NCBI GenBank assembly: GCA_007376135.1
Contig: VMFR01000002.1
Span: forward strand, 221,870 to 285,869
Length of the DNA stretch: 64,000 nucleotides
Direction: 5' to 3'
Source of the DNA: Parcubacteria group bacterium Gr01-1014_31
Lineage (GTDB): Bacteria; Patescibacteriota; Patescibacteriia; Buchananbacterales; GWA2-38-13
In this document: piece by piece, positions 29,523-39,002 of the stretch
Layout: every line of letters starts with the position of its first letter
How positions within the stretch are numbered: position 1 is the stretch's first letter
Program-made: the position numbers and the translations under genes
Notes under the pieces: model-generated
What the model was told of the DNA's origin: nothing
What the model saw: only the letters and a program-made list of their open reading frames with translations
Database searches by the model: none

Positions 29523-29747
29523 ATGACGTCTTCCAAGCCCGCAAGTATCGTTAGTGGAACGGTTGTCGAAGTCGGACCCGAGAGCGTTTCGGTCCGCGCG
29601 GAGGGCGGTGTTTGGCTGGTGCCTCGCGCCTGCCTTCCCCAGACCATGCGGGCGGGCGACCGAGTGACGCTGTGCGCGCTGGCCGCTGATGCCGCGGACC
29701 GCGAAGAGTTGGCGAAAACGCTCCTCAACACGCTGCTGTCGAGTTGA
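29523..29747 (+). CDS. Small DUF3006-like protein
   Basis: P...LP.....GD...REELAKTLLN pattern. Confidence 0.6.
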   Translation: MTSSKPASIVSGTVVEVGPESVSVRAEGGVWLVPRACLPQTMRAGDRVTLCALAADAADREELAKTLLNTLLSS

Positions 29748-29758
29748 ATCTTTCTGTC

Positions 29759-31603
29759 ATGGCCAGTCCGTATTATCTGGGTGGCGCCGCGGCGGGTCGG
29801 CCGCGCCGCATATGGCGGTGGTTTTTGGTTGCCTGCGTGCTTTCCGCCAGCGGCTTAATGGTCGGCGTGCTGGGCGCGTACCAGTGGCAGTACCGCGGGC
29901 GCGTGTATCCGGGGGTGTCGGTCGCCGGTCAGGTTGCCGGCGGATTGCCGCCCGCGGAGCTGACGGCGGCGTTGGCCGCGCGGCGCGATTCCCTTTTGAC
30001 GCACGGTTTGTGGCTTGACCTGGGCGGGGAGCTGGTGAATCTGCCGCTGGAGATCACTTCATCGGACCCGGACTTGGCGCGCGTGCCGGTGCAGTATGAC
30101 CTGGCCGATGCCGTTGCCCAAGCGTATGGCGTGGGCCGCGGCGGGACGCTGTGGTCGCAGTTGGTGGAACCTTTGCGCGTGCGGTGGTTCGGTCTTGACG
30201 TGCAGATGCGTTACGATCTTGACGAAGCCGTCGCGCAGGAACTGCTGCGGTCGGTGCTGAGCAGCCGGGAAACGCCGCCGCGTCCTGCGCGGTTGAGCGT
30301 TGAGGGCGGGGTGCTGCGCGTGTTGCCTGAACAAGATGGCGTACTGTTCGACTATGCCGCCGCGACGCGGGAGGTCAAAGACCACCTTGCCCGCATGGAT
30401 TCAGCGCCGATGCCAATGCGTCTGGTTGGCGCGCCCGCGCCGTTCAAGGTGGCACAGACAGCTGATGCTTTTGCGAAGGCCCAAGCCCTGACCCAGACCA
30501 CCACGCCGACCTTGGTGTACGGATCGCGGCGTTGGGAAGTCGGCCGCGGCCTGCTGCTGCAGTGGCTGCAATTCGAAGCAGGAAAGGACGGGCGCGTGCG
30601 TCTGGGTTTCAATGCCGCGGCCGTTGCCGAGTTCCTCGCGCCGGTTTCCGCGGTCATCAACGTTACGCCTCAGGATGCCAAATTCCGGCTGGAGAACGGA
30701 CGGGTTGTAGAGTTCCAGGTCAACCGTGACGGAAAGGAAGTGGATGTTCCTTCAACGACGGCGCGACTGGTGCAGGATTATTTGGAGGCGGGTTCCTCGG
30801 TGGTGCGGCTGGCCGTTGTGGTAGCACCGGCGAAATTCGCGACTGGCGACCTCAATGACCTGGGCATTCAGGAGCTGCTTGGTGTCGGGCGGTCGAATTT
30901 CGGGGGCAGTCCCAAGAACCGGCGCATCAACATCGCGCAGGGGGTCAAGTCGCTCAACGGCATTCTCATCGCGCCCGACGAGGAGTTCTCGCTGCTCAAG
31001 GCGCTCGGTCCGGTGGATGCGGAACACGGCTACCTGCCGGAACTGGTCATCAAGGGCGACCGCACCACGCCGGAGTTCGGGGGCGGGCTGTGCCAGATCG
31101 GTACGACGACCTTCCGGGCGGCGATCCGTTCAGGGCTCCCCATTACGCAGCGGCAGAGCCACAGTTTTCGCGTGCGGTACTACGACCCGCCGGGCATGGA
31201 CGCGACCATCTACGACCCGGCGCCGGATTTCCGTTTTAAAAACGACACTGGTCGCCACATCCTTTTTCTGGCGGAGATCGACGGCGACGAGCTGGTGTTC
31301 AGTTTCTACGGCACCAAGGATGGCCGCGTGGCCGAGGTGCCCGATAAAGCGGTGATTCTCAGTACGATACCTTCCGGTCCGGTACGCTACATTGAAACCG
31401 ACGATCTTAAGCCGGGAGAAAAAAAACTGGTCGAGAAGCCCGCTCCCGGCGGCACCGCCACCTTCCACTATAAAGTGACCTACCCCGACGGCCGCGTGAT
31501 GGAGCAGGATTTCAAAAGTACGTATCGTCCGTGGGCGGAAACCTGGCTGGTGGGTAGAACACCGACGGGTACGGAGGCCGTGCTGGGAGGCAGCACGCCC
31601 TGA
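29759..31603 (+). CDS. VanW family protein with PG-binding and G5-like domains
   Basis: NRRINI, GGGLCQIGTTTFRAA, HS and DATIY motifs; N-terminal TM. Confidence 0.92.
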   Translation: MASPYYLGGAAAGRPRRIWRWFLVACVLSASGLMVGVLGAYQWQYRGRVYPGVSVAGQVAGGLPPAELTAALAARRDSLLTHGLWLDLGGELVNLPLEITSSDPDLARVPVQYDLADAVAQAYGVGRGGTLWSQLVEPLRVRWFGLDVQMRYDLDEAVAQELLRSVLSSRETPPRPARLSVEGGVLRVLPEQDGVLFDYAAATREVKDHLARMDSAPMPMRLVGAPAPFKVAQTADAFAKAQALTQTTTPTLVYGSRRWEVGRGLLLQWLQFEAGKDGRVRLGFNAAAVAEFLAPVSAVINVTPQDAKFRLENGRVVEFQVNRDGKEVDVPSTTARLVQDYLEAGSSVVRLAVVVAPAKFATGDLNDLGIQELLGVGRSNFGGSPKNRRINIAQGVKSLNGILIAPDEEFSLLKALGPVDAEHGYLPELVIKGDRTTPEFGGGLCQIGTTTFRAAIRSGLPITQRQSHSFRVRYYDPPGMDATIYDPAPDFRFKNDTGRHILFLAEIDGDELVFSFYGTKDGRVAEVPDKAVILSTIPSGPVRYIETDDLKPGEKKLVEKPAPGGTATFHYKVTYPDGRVMEQDFKSTYRPWAETWLVGRTPTGTEAVLGGSTP

Positions 31604-31619
31604 TGAAATCGCGGCAAAC

Positions 31620-31650
31620 AAAAACGAGCAGCGAAAGCTGCTCGTTTTTT
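31620..31650. terminator. Bidirectional Rho-independent terminator
   Basis: AAAAACGAGCAGC-GAAA-GCTGCTCGTTTTT. Confidence 0.85.
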
Positions 31651-32045
31651 AACGCTCGGACATCACGTTGTCGGACGGGCGGAATTTCACCAGCACACCA
31701 GGAATTTCAAGTACCTGCGCTCTCACTTGAGCTACCGTCGACAACCGTTTTTTACCGGGCAAACTCTGCAGACAAGGAAGTCACCCAAAGGCGCAGTCGA
31801 GCGGGCGCCAGACATGTCCTTACGGATGACTCCCCGCTTGTCGTGCCTGCAGAATACTGGACCGTGGGTGGAAAGGGGGTGGCTCCGACGAGGTCGGAGC
31901 GAACGTGAAAAGGACACGTTGCACACCTACGGCCCAAGATTCTACAGGCACCGCATTTCCTCCTAGGCACACAAGGCGCCCGAGGGTTGTCTACAGAGTT
32001 TGCGGGGTAAAAAAATATTTGCCTTTGGCAAAGGTCGAACGTAAC
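31620..32045 (-). ncRNA. Putative large structured ncRNA with 3' tRNA-like domain
   Basis: Own promoter and terminator, nested ~28-bp helices with G-U bias for the minus strand, cloverleaf at 31667-31745, no credible ORF. Confidence 0.65.
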
Positions 32046-32050
32046 TGTCA

Positions 32051-32079
32051 ACAATAGCACAGGCGGAAAACCTTGTCAA
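32051..32079 (-). promoter_or_regulatory. Sigma70 promoter for the putative ncRNA
   Basis: TTGACA-17 nt-TATTGT with an extended TG. Confidence 0.65.
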
Positions 32080-32139
32080 GTAGGAGAGCTAAAAAATGCA
32101 AAAAAACCGCTCGGGTAAGCGATTTTTTTACGGTGAAGG

Positions 32140-32376
32140 CTAGGGCAGGTAGACGGAAACCAGTTTTTTCCTGCCGCGAAGGCCGCGAACGATTACCACC
32201 ATGCTCTTGGGGACGTCGAGAGTCTCGGCAACCAGCGCGATGACCGCCGTGTTGGCGGCGCCTTCCACCGGCTTTGCCGCGACGCGTATCTTCCAATTGG
32301 TGCCGTCGCGCGCGACCACCTCCGAACGTTTGGCGTTGGGCGTCACCGTGACGGACAGTCGGAGAGTGTCAGGCAT
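32140..32376 (-). CDS. DUF167 (YggU-like) protein
   Basis: VTPNAK, PVEGAAN and GLRGRKK motifs. Confidence 0.88.
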   Translation of the reverse strand: MPDTLRLSVTVTPNAKRSEVVARDGTNWKIRVAAKPVEGAANTAVIALVAETLDVPKSMVVIVRGLRGRKKLVSVYLP

Positions 32377-32458
32377 CGGTTGACAGTGTAGCGGTAATGC
32401 GCTACGCAGGCAATGTCCTTTTGAAACCCCGCCGCCCCTTCTTTCGTCGAGGTGTTCC

Positions 32459-32767
32459 GTGAAAGAACAGTTGCTTTTCTTCGTCACGCCGTTGAATGAC
32501 GTGACCCGCTTGGGTCGGCAGCAGCCGTATGTGGCCGTCGGGATCGTCTTTGATGACCAAGCGCGTCGGCTGACCATGCTCACCGGTCACGGTACCCGTC
32601 AGGGCTTGCGGTCCCAGACTGCGGGCACGCTCATGGAACTCCTTGATTTCCTGTCCGCCGAGCTGCAGCAGGCCCACGGATTTCCGATGCCCCCGGAAGT
32701 GCGGGAAAATTTTTTCGCCACCTTCCGCGACTTCACCCGCGGTCTCGTCCCCGACGCGCCGTCCTAG
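32459..32767 (+). CDS. Hypothetical protein
   Basis: TTGACA at 32380, GAGGTG SD, terminator downstream. Confidence 0.6.
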   Translation: MKEQLLFFVTPLNDVTRLGRQQPYVAVGIVFDDQARRLTMLTGHGTRQGLRSQTAGTLMELLDFLSAELQQAHGFPMPPEVRENFFATFRDFTRGLVPDAPS

Positions 32768-32831
32768 CCCTCCCTTCTTTCCGTCCCCTCGTTCACCGCC
32801 CCCGCCATCACGGTTGGGGGCTTGTTTTAGG

Positions 32832-32862
32832 GTTGACATTTTTCAATATATTTGGTATATAC
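32832..32862 (+). promoter_or_regulatory. Sigma70 promoter
   Basis: TTGACA-17 nt-TATATA with an extended TG. Confidence 0.6.
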
Positions 32863-32953
32863 AATTGCTGCGATTCCGCGTTCTCGGACCGCAGTGCCCT
32901 TTGACAATCAATGGTTGGTTGTCGCAAAAGTCAAAACATAAGGAGTACATGAA

Positions 32954-34687
32954 TTGGGAAAACATGAATACGAACCTGCAGTCGACGTGAAGCGTTTGCT
33001 CAGCGGCGTCGACGACCGCAGACGGGAAAAGTTGTGCAATCGGCTCTTCCGGTATGTTCAGGACAGTCGGAGCACGGCTGACCTCGAGGGTTGCGCGGTA
33101 GGCGTCGTTGAACCCTTTGAGCGGGCGTACTGGAACGATTTTTCACGTTCGGTCTTGGAAAACACTTCCCACATCATTGCACAAAATGGGGGGAAAGTAA
33201 TTGAACTTTCTCCTCCGCCATTGTCGCGGCCAGAAGCAGTTGAGACTGAGCGACGGTTGCGGGAGCGAATTTTCGGAATGGCGAAGCCGATTCTCCACCG
33301 AATTTATGATGACCTGTATGCGCGTAAGCGTTTAGAGGTTTTCCTCCGTTCCACCTACCTCGACATGGAGTCGCCCAGTTTCGAAGCCAAAGCATTGCTC
33401 GGAAACTCCGAGCGAATGCTGACCTATCTCAGGGGAGGGTTTCCAGCGGAAGAAATTCGGAAAGCCGCCCGGCATACGTTTATCCTGGAGTTCTACCGCT
33501 ACACCGGGCTCACGCTGGAGCGATCGTTGGGGCTTGCTCTCTTTTTGCTCGGACAATTCGAGATGCTTTCTCGTCAGCTCGTCGGCGTGAATTCTCCCCC
33601 GGATGCCCACTCCCGTGCTTCCATTCCCTGGCGGATTCTTCTCGGGAGTCTGGGGAGTCCGGCAGATCAGCGCGCTCCCCAGCGAGAGTGGTTCTCTCGG
33701 CTTCTCCATTCGGTGGAAGGGAATCCTGTGGTTGAGGAAGTTATCGACTCGATCTACAACCTCGCAACGTGTTCTCCTGACGGAGAAACGGTGGTGACCC
33801 ACAGTCAACCAGAGATGACACAACAACACTCGGCCGAGCAACTTGAGAAGCTGGTTGACGCGGAGTACCACGACAGCGAAGTTCTGCAGTGCAACACCCC
33901 AATTTTCCTCACCTCCGAAGAAGAGGCGATTTTTGCCCGTCTACGGCAATCCGGCCGGGCAGAATTCGAGCGGAATTTCGAGCAGGGTCGTGCCGCCCTG
34001 AGTTGGTTCTCCGCGCACGATGAGTTTCGGGGGGAACTTGAGTGGAAGCGGCGGGAGATCGTCGAGCGGCAGCATGGAAGCCGCCCCGGCATCCGGTTTC
34101 TCCGGGATAACGGTGTTGACCATTTCGAGGTCGATGTGCAGCCGTTGTGGCACATCGGGGTGCGATCCGTCGCCTTTCATCCGGAGGGGCGCGTGTTTCA
34201 CGATCCAGCGTTGCGGATCGCAATACGCAAAGAAACCCCTCACCTCATCGTCTTCCCGGCTTGCTTGGAGAATCTCCGTTTGGAGTTGGTCGATGTTCAT
34301 ATGCTGTATAACCTACAGTACGATGATTTGGACCAGCTGCGGCGTTTCCTGGAGTTTGTGATCATCAACATGATGCACCGCATCATGGTCCAGAGAGTGG
34401 AACTCCGATCCCGAGTCGTCAACGGTGTAGTGGTGCCACGCCCCACGGAGGTACGGAGGTTCGAAGTTGCGAGCCATACCCGAGGCCTACCGTCCGGTTC
34501 TCAGGCGAGTGAAGAAGCCAAGGCGTTGGCGTTCACGGAGAAGGGTATCATCCTCAATTCGGGGGAGACGTACGTTTCCGCTTACCCCAAGGGGGGTAAA
34601 GATGGGTCCGAGTTGGTCTACGACTGGCCGATCGAGCCGTGGGCGGTCTACACTGAGGATGATCTCTACGAAGATGGAGGTGGCTAA
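32954..34687 (+). CDS. Unknown 577-aa protein with a possible C-terminal nucleic-acid-binding motif
   Basis: SD AAGGAG 8 nt before TTG. Long ORF with atypical codon usage. Confidence 0.75.
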   Translation: MGKHEYEPAVDVKRLLSGVDDRRREKLCNRLFRYVQDSRSTADLEGCAVGVVEPFERAYWNDFSRSVLENTSHIIAQNGGKVIELSPPPLSRPEAVETERRLRERIFGMAKPILHRIYDDLYARKRLEVFLRSTYLDMESPSFEAKALLGNSERMLTYLRGGFPAEEIRKAARHTFILEFYRYTGLTLERSLGLALFLLGQFEMLSRQLVGVNSPPDAHSRASIPWRILLGSLGSPADQRAPQREWFSRLLHSVEGNPVVEEVIDSIYNLATCSPDGETVVTHSQPEMTQQHSAEQLEKLVDAEYHDSEVLQCNTPIFLTSEEEAIFARLRQSGRAEFERNFEQGRAALSWFSAHDEFRGELEWKRREIVERQHGSRPGIRFLRDNGVDHFEVDVQPLWHIGVRSVAFHPEGRVFHDPALRIAIRKETPHLIVFPACLENLRLELVDVHMLYNLQYDDLDQLRRFLEFVIINMMHRIMVQRVELRSRVVNGVVVPRPTEVRRFEVASHTRGLPSGSQASEEAKALAFTEKGIILNSGETYVSAYPKGGKDGSELVYDWPIEPWAVYTEDDLYEDGGG

Positions 34688-35067
34688 TGGAATTTGACCA
34701 CTTCGATCTTCGCGAGCTCTACCGGGAGTGGCGTGAACAACGGCCAACATTGACGAGCCGGCTGCAAAGGAGTTTTCCTGCATGGGTTTTCGAGGTGCGT
34801 TCTCAGTACCGCGAGCTCGCCCGCGCGCATCCGTCGCTTTTCCACGCCGCCTGCCATCAAGCCGAGGAAGCGGAAAGAGGCGTCGCTACACCCCCTGACC
34901 ACGGTATCCGTCAGGCTGTCCTGCAACGCCACGCTGTTGAGCTTGCACAGTGTTGGCTGCTGGCGCGCGATCAATACCCCACGTTTGGTGCATTTCTCGA
35001 GCGGGTGCTCCAGGAATGCCAAACCGAGCGCGCGCTGCAGCGATGGCTCAAGCACCTTCCGAGGTAA
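34687..35067 (+). CDS. Hypothetical helical protein
   Basis: TAATG overlap with the upstream gene, SD GGAGGT, terminator 35067-35098. Confidence 0.7.
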   Translation: MEFDHFDLRELYREWREQRPTLTSRLQRSFPAWVFEVRSQYRELARAHPSLFHAACHQAEEAERGVATPPDHGIRQAVLQRHAVELAQCWLLARDQYPTFGAFLERVLQECQTERALQRWLKHLPR

Positions 35068-35185
35068 GTCGGTCCAGAGATTGGGCCGACTTTTTTTATT
35101 GACATACAGCGATTTTTATGGTAGAGATGGTTTCTTGTTTCTTTGATAACTGAATAATTGGCCCTTTAGTTTATGGAGGAAAGTC

Positions 35186-38100
35186 GTGAGAAAGATGAGC
35201 AAGAAAGAGAAAATCGCCCTCATTATGAGCATCGCCGATGTGGCGTTGCGAAACCAGTCGCTGCGGTGGATGCTCAAAGCCGGTGAAATCACCGAGGATG
35301 ATCTCGCGGTAGTTGATGCCCAAGAAGCGGCACGCCAGTACCCCGAGCTCCGGGAACGTTTTAAGACCGATCCCGGCCTGCGGGTACTGCTGGACGTTTT
35401 CCGCGACTACCCGATCTACTTGGCCCGTGCGTTGGTTCAGGCGGCGCCGGACGTGTTCTACTCGTACGGTTTTGCGTACCGAAACTCAGTCAAGTTGCGC
35501 GCCGACCTCGGCACAATCGGAGTTGACCCGATCCGTGGCTCCGGCGGTTCGGGAGCTGCGGTGTACCTTGAGCGTCTTCCCAAGGAAGTTCGACAAGACT
35601 TGGTCGCACTGCTCCAGGAATTCTACTTTCATGAGTGGCTCAAGGATTTCTCCGACAGCCCCGAAGATGCGCTGGCCCTGCTCGATTTGGCTCGCGGGGA
35701 AGCCACTAATGATTTGGCGCGCCAGGCGTTGTCCGGACTTCATGATGAGTGTCAGCAGGTGTTCCAGGGAGTTTTCCCCGACTTTGTCGAGGAATTCCAT
35801 GCATCCCGGTTTCCATCTTTCCACGTTCGTTGGTGGATCCACCATATCAGCGAGGTTCCCCGCGTACTCAATATGGGAGATACCGGGACCCAAAAGACCG
35901 CCTTTGCCGCGGTCGGGCTTCGTCACTATGGCTGCCAACGGGCGCTGATCGTCTGTCCGACCCGCGCGAGTCTCCAATGGCAACGCGAGATCCAGGGCTA
36001 TCTGCGAACGCCCGCCGACCGCGTGCTGTTGGTTGATAGTCCGCGGATGATCGCGGAAGCGGCCGTCGCCACGCCGTGGTACACCATCATCGGGTACAGT
36101 ACGCTGATCGCGCGCGGGGTGGTAGACCAACTGAAGGCCATCCCCTTTGATGGGTTGGTTTTGGATGAGTGCCACTACTGCAATCACGATTCGCATCGGG
36201 CGATAGCTGCCAGTCAGCTCGTCAACGAGCTTCCGCTCCGGCGATTTTTAGCGCTGTCCGCTACTCCCTGGGAGAACCATCCGCGAGAGATGGCAGCGCT
36301 CGCTACCATGCTGCGGCCGACCACGTTCGCTTCGCCAGAGGTCTTTCGTCAGTCGCGGCCGGAGCACCCTCGTTTTCTTCGTGAACTTTTCCGCGCGCAA
36401 GTGCTTCAAGTGGAGCTGCGCGAGCTGACTCGTCTCCCATCGATCACCCCGAGCCCTTGGGAGGATCTGTTCGGCGCCGAACTGATTGAACCGACGCCGG
36501 AGCAGCGCGCTGTGTACGATTTTGTACGCGAGCAAGAGGACGACGAGCTCCCCGCGACCGAAAAGATGAAACGGCTGCTGTGGGCGGCGATCCATCCGCA
36601 CAAGCTGAAGCCCCTTTACGCGTGGCCAGCTGCGCTGGTATCGCACTTCGATCATCCGGAGCTTTCGGCAAAGCTCGCCTGGTTGAAAAACCGAATCACC
36701 CTTGAGCTTGCTCGAGGCGCCAAGGTGGTCGTCGGCACTGGCATTTACGTCGCCGGCATTACCTGTCCCAACGACAACGGTGACGAGCAGTGGGTCGGCA
36801 ATCAATTGCGTCAGTGGTTTGGCGAGCATCGCGTGCTCATCCTCGACGGGAGTGTGCTGAAGAGTGCCGGCCATAGCGGTTTAGTCAAGCGCGAACGACT
36901 CATCGAACAATGGCGCAACGATCCGGAAACCAGGATTCTCCTCGTTTCGATACCGGCCTGTCCCGATGCGCTGAACCTCAGCGTTCCCAAGTTGTCTGGG
37001 ATTACCCGTCTTTTCGTCACCACCCTGTCTTATCCCTGGAAGCCGTGGAAGCAATTCCAAGGTCGTTTCTGGAGGCCAGGGCTCGGCGTGGAGATGGAGT
37101 ACCGGGTGCCGGTGCTTCGCGGGACAATCGACCACAGTCTACTACGGATGCTCCGCAGGAAGTGGGAGTTGCAGCAGATGTTCCGTGCCTTGGTACCGTT
37201 GACTGAAGAGGAATTCGCTCGACTTGATCAGGGCGAGTATCTCCGCTGGTTGGCGGATGAGCTGCGTTCCGACTACCAACGCGTTATCTTCATCGGTAAC
37301 AATTTCCGTGGTCAGGGAGAAGCTCATGCGATTGCCATGTTCGAGGCTGAGTATGCGTCGACTACAACCGCAGAGGCATATGCAAGCGCATTTCTTGCCT
37401 GCCATGACTGCGCCACTTCTGGGCATATCGCTCGGTTCATGCAACCAGCGATCGAGGCGATGCAACAGCAAGGAGGGCTTGTGGATTCCACCGGTGTCAC
37501 CATACTCGATGCTGGGTGTGGCCCACTCACCCTCGAGCGGCGTTTGGCGCAGCCAGTCTATGGTGTGGACATGAATCGCCATATGATTGAACTGGCCAAG
37601 CCAAAGTCGCCGTGTGGCGGCTGCAATGTCCACGTCGGTTTCCTCAGCCAGCTGCCAGCAGAATGGACCGGGCGATTCGAGTTGACGGTTGCCTCGCTCG
37701 TGCTCGACTGGACTTCGATCGAGAGCGAAGTCGGGAGAGAACCGGATCGTTTGACGGTGCTGCGGGAGTTAGTTCGCGTTACACATCCAGTCGCTGGCCA
37801 CGTCTGGATAACCGTGACGCATCGGTCGCTCACCTCGGAGCTGTTTCAAGGCTGGGTTGCCGCCCTGGAACAGCAGGGTTTCGAGATCGTACGTGATTTT
37901 ACGGCGTTGTTCCGATCAAAGGACCACGAACCTGGTCAGGTACCATTCGAATTCTGGTCGATCTGTTTTTCACCCAAGGGTAAACAGCTTACCTTGGTCG
38001 ATCCTCAAGCACTTCGTTTCACTTTCGAACAATCGCGCACGAAGAAGAAGCGATCTGCCGATGGAGACGACGATCAGCTGCGAAGCCCAAAAGTGCAACG

Positions 38101-38332
38101 CATGGTCAAGTACCAGAAATTCGAGGCCGTACATCGGTCAGGCGAAATCGTCCAGCAGTCGGATGCGATCGAGCGGGCCGTCTCGGGTGAGGTGGTTCGT
38201 TTGATGCGCAACCCTGATTTGCGGGGGTGGAAACCTCACCGCAAGCCAATCCTTGCCTGGGAACATCTGTGGCGCTCTTATGTGAAGCGTCCGGAGGTTG
38301 CCGAAGAACTCAGGCGGCGCGGGTTCCTGTGA
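35186..38332 (+). CDS. SNF2-family helicase/ATPase fused to a C-terminal class I SAM methyltransferase
   Basis: GDTGTQKT (I), LIVCP (Ia), LVLDECH (II), LSATPWEN (III), ALNL (V), QFQGRFWRPG (VI); MTase motif ILDAGCGP. Confidence 0.85.
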   Translation: MRKMSKKEKIALIMSIADVALRNQSLRWMLKAGEITEDDLAVVDAQEAARQYPELRERFKTDPGLRVLLDVFRDYPIYLARALVQAAPDVFYSYGFAYRNSVKLRADLGTIGVDPIRGSGGSGAAVYLERLPKEVRQDLVALLQEFYFHEWLKDFSDSPEDALALLDLARGEATNDLARQALSGLHDECQQVFQGVFPDFVEEFHASRFPSFHVRWWIHHISEVPRVLNMGDTGTQKTAFAAVGLRHYGCQRALIVCPTRASLQWQREIQGYLRTPADRVLLVDSPRMIAEAAVATPWYTIIGYSTLIARGVVDQLKAIPFDGLVLDECHYCNHDSHRAIAASQLVNELPLRRFLALSATPWENHPREMAALATMLRPTTFASPEVFRQSRPEHPRFLRELFRAQVLQVELRELTRLPSITPSPWEDLFGAELIEPTPEQRAVYDFVREQEDDELPATEKMKRLLWAAIHPHKLKPLYAWPAALVSHFDHPELSAKLAWLKNRITLELARGAKVVVGTGIYVAGITCPNDNGDEQWVGNQLRQWFGEHRVLILDGSVLKSAGHSGLVKRERLIEQWRNDPETRILLVSIPACPDALNLSVPKLSGITRLFVTTLSYPWKPWKQFQGRFWRPGLGVEMEYRVPVLRGTIDHSLLRMLRRKWELQQMFRALVPLTEEEFARLDQGEYLRWLADELRSDYQRVIFIGNNFRGQGEAHAIAMFEAEYASTTTAEAYASAFLACHDCATSGHIARFMQPAIEAMQQQGGLVDSTGVTILDAGCGPLTLERRLAQPVYGVDMNRHMIELAKPKSPCGGCNVHVGFLSQLPAEWTGRFELTVASLVLDWTSIESEVGREPDRLTVLRELVRVTHPVAGHVWITVTHRSLTSELFQGWVAALEQQGFEIVRDFTALFRSKDHEPGQVPFEFWSICFSPKGKQLTLVDPQALRFTFEQSRTKKKRSADGDDDQLRSPKVQRMVKYQKFEAVHRSGEIVQQSDAIERAVSGEVVRLMRNPDLRGWKPHRKPILAWEHLWRSYVKRPEVAEELRRRGFL

Positions 38333-38408
38333 TTTTCCGTGAGCTGGGCCGGTAAATCATCGCCGGTCCAGCCTTTCTCACTCAACACAACCTTCTGGAG
38401 GTACGCTC

Positions 38409-39002
38409 ATGGATGAACCGTTTTGGAGGCAGCAACCCCAGACCGTGGCACAGGCCATGCTGGGTAAGCTGCTCGTGGTCGGCGAGACGGAAGGCTGGGT
38501 GCTGCGCACCGAAGGATACCCTCGGGCGAAGAATGCCGCCGGCATTTACAAGCCGATGCTGGAAATGGCGCCTGGAGATGTCTACTGTCCGCGGACCCGG
38601 AATTCGATCCTCCTGCTGATCGTAACGCAGGATGGGGTCGACATCGGTGGCTGCGTCCTCATACGCGCTGCCGAGATTGGTGGTACGACGTTTGACGGTC
38701 CGGGCAAGGTCACCGAGGCTTTCGGGGTCACCGTGCCGCGGGTTTCCGGTACTGCTGAAATCGGGGAGGACGACGATACGGTGCTCGTCCACCTCGGGAC
38801 ATCTCGCGCTAAGGACCAGCCGAAGCCGTCGCGGCCGCGCTTGCGTGCCTATGCGGCCATCGGATGGGAAACCGTCAGGCGCAACATGCCTCGCATCGCA
38901 AAATGCTTCTTGAGTCAGCCCTTCGGTCGGTTCGAGGATTTTCTCGAACGGATTCTCGAGGGCTGTACCAGTGAGGTGGAACTGTTGAAGCGTCTCCGTT
39001 GA
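38409..39002 (+). CDS. Divergent AAG/MPG-family DNA glycosylase
   Basis: VA..MLGKLLV, TEGY, PG.VY, CVLIRA and GPGK motifs; SD GGAGGT. Confidence 0.75.
   Translation: MDEPFWRQQPQTVAQAMLGKLLVVGETEGWVLRTEGYPRAKNAAGIYKPMLEMAPGDVYCPRTRNSILLLIVTQDGVDIGGCVLIRAAEIGGTTFDGPGKVTEAFGVTVPRVSGTAEIGEDDDTVLVHLGTSRAKDQPKPSRPRLRAYAAIGWETVRRNMPRIAKCFLSQPFGRFEDFLERILEGCTSEVELLKRLR

Noticed and set aside
31620-32045. tmRNA, RNase P or SRP identity, and the short ORFs in this interval
   Set aside because: The signature sequences are absent. The ORFs lack coding features, and AGGAGG leads only to MRCL*.
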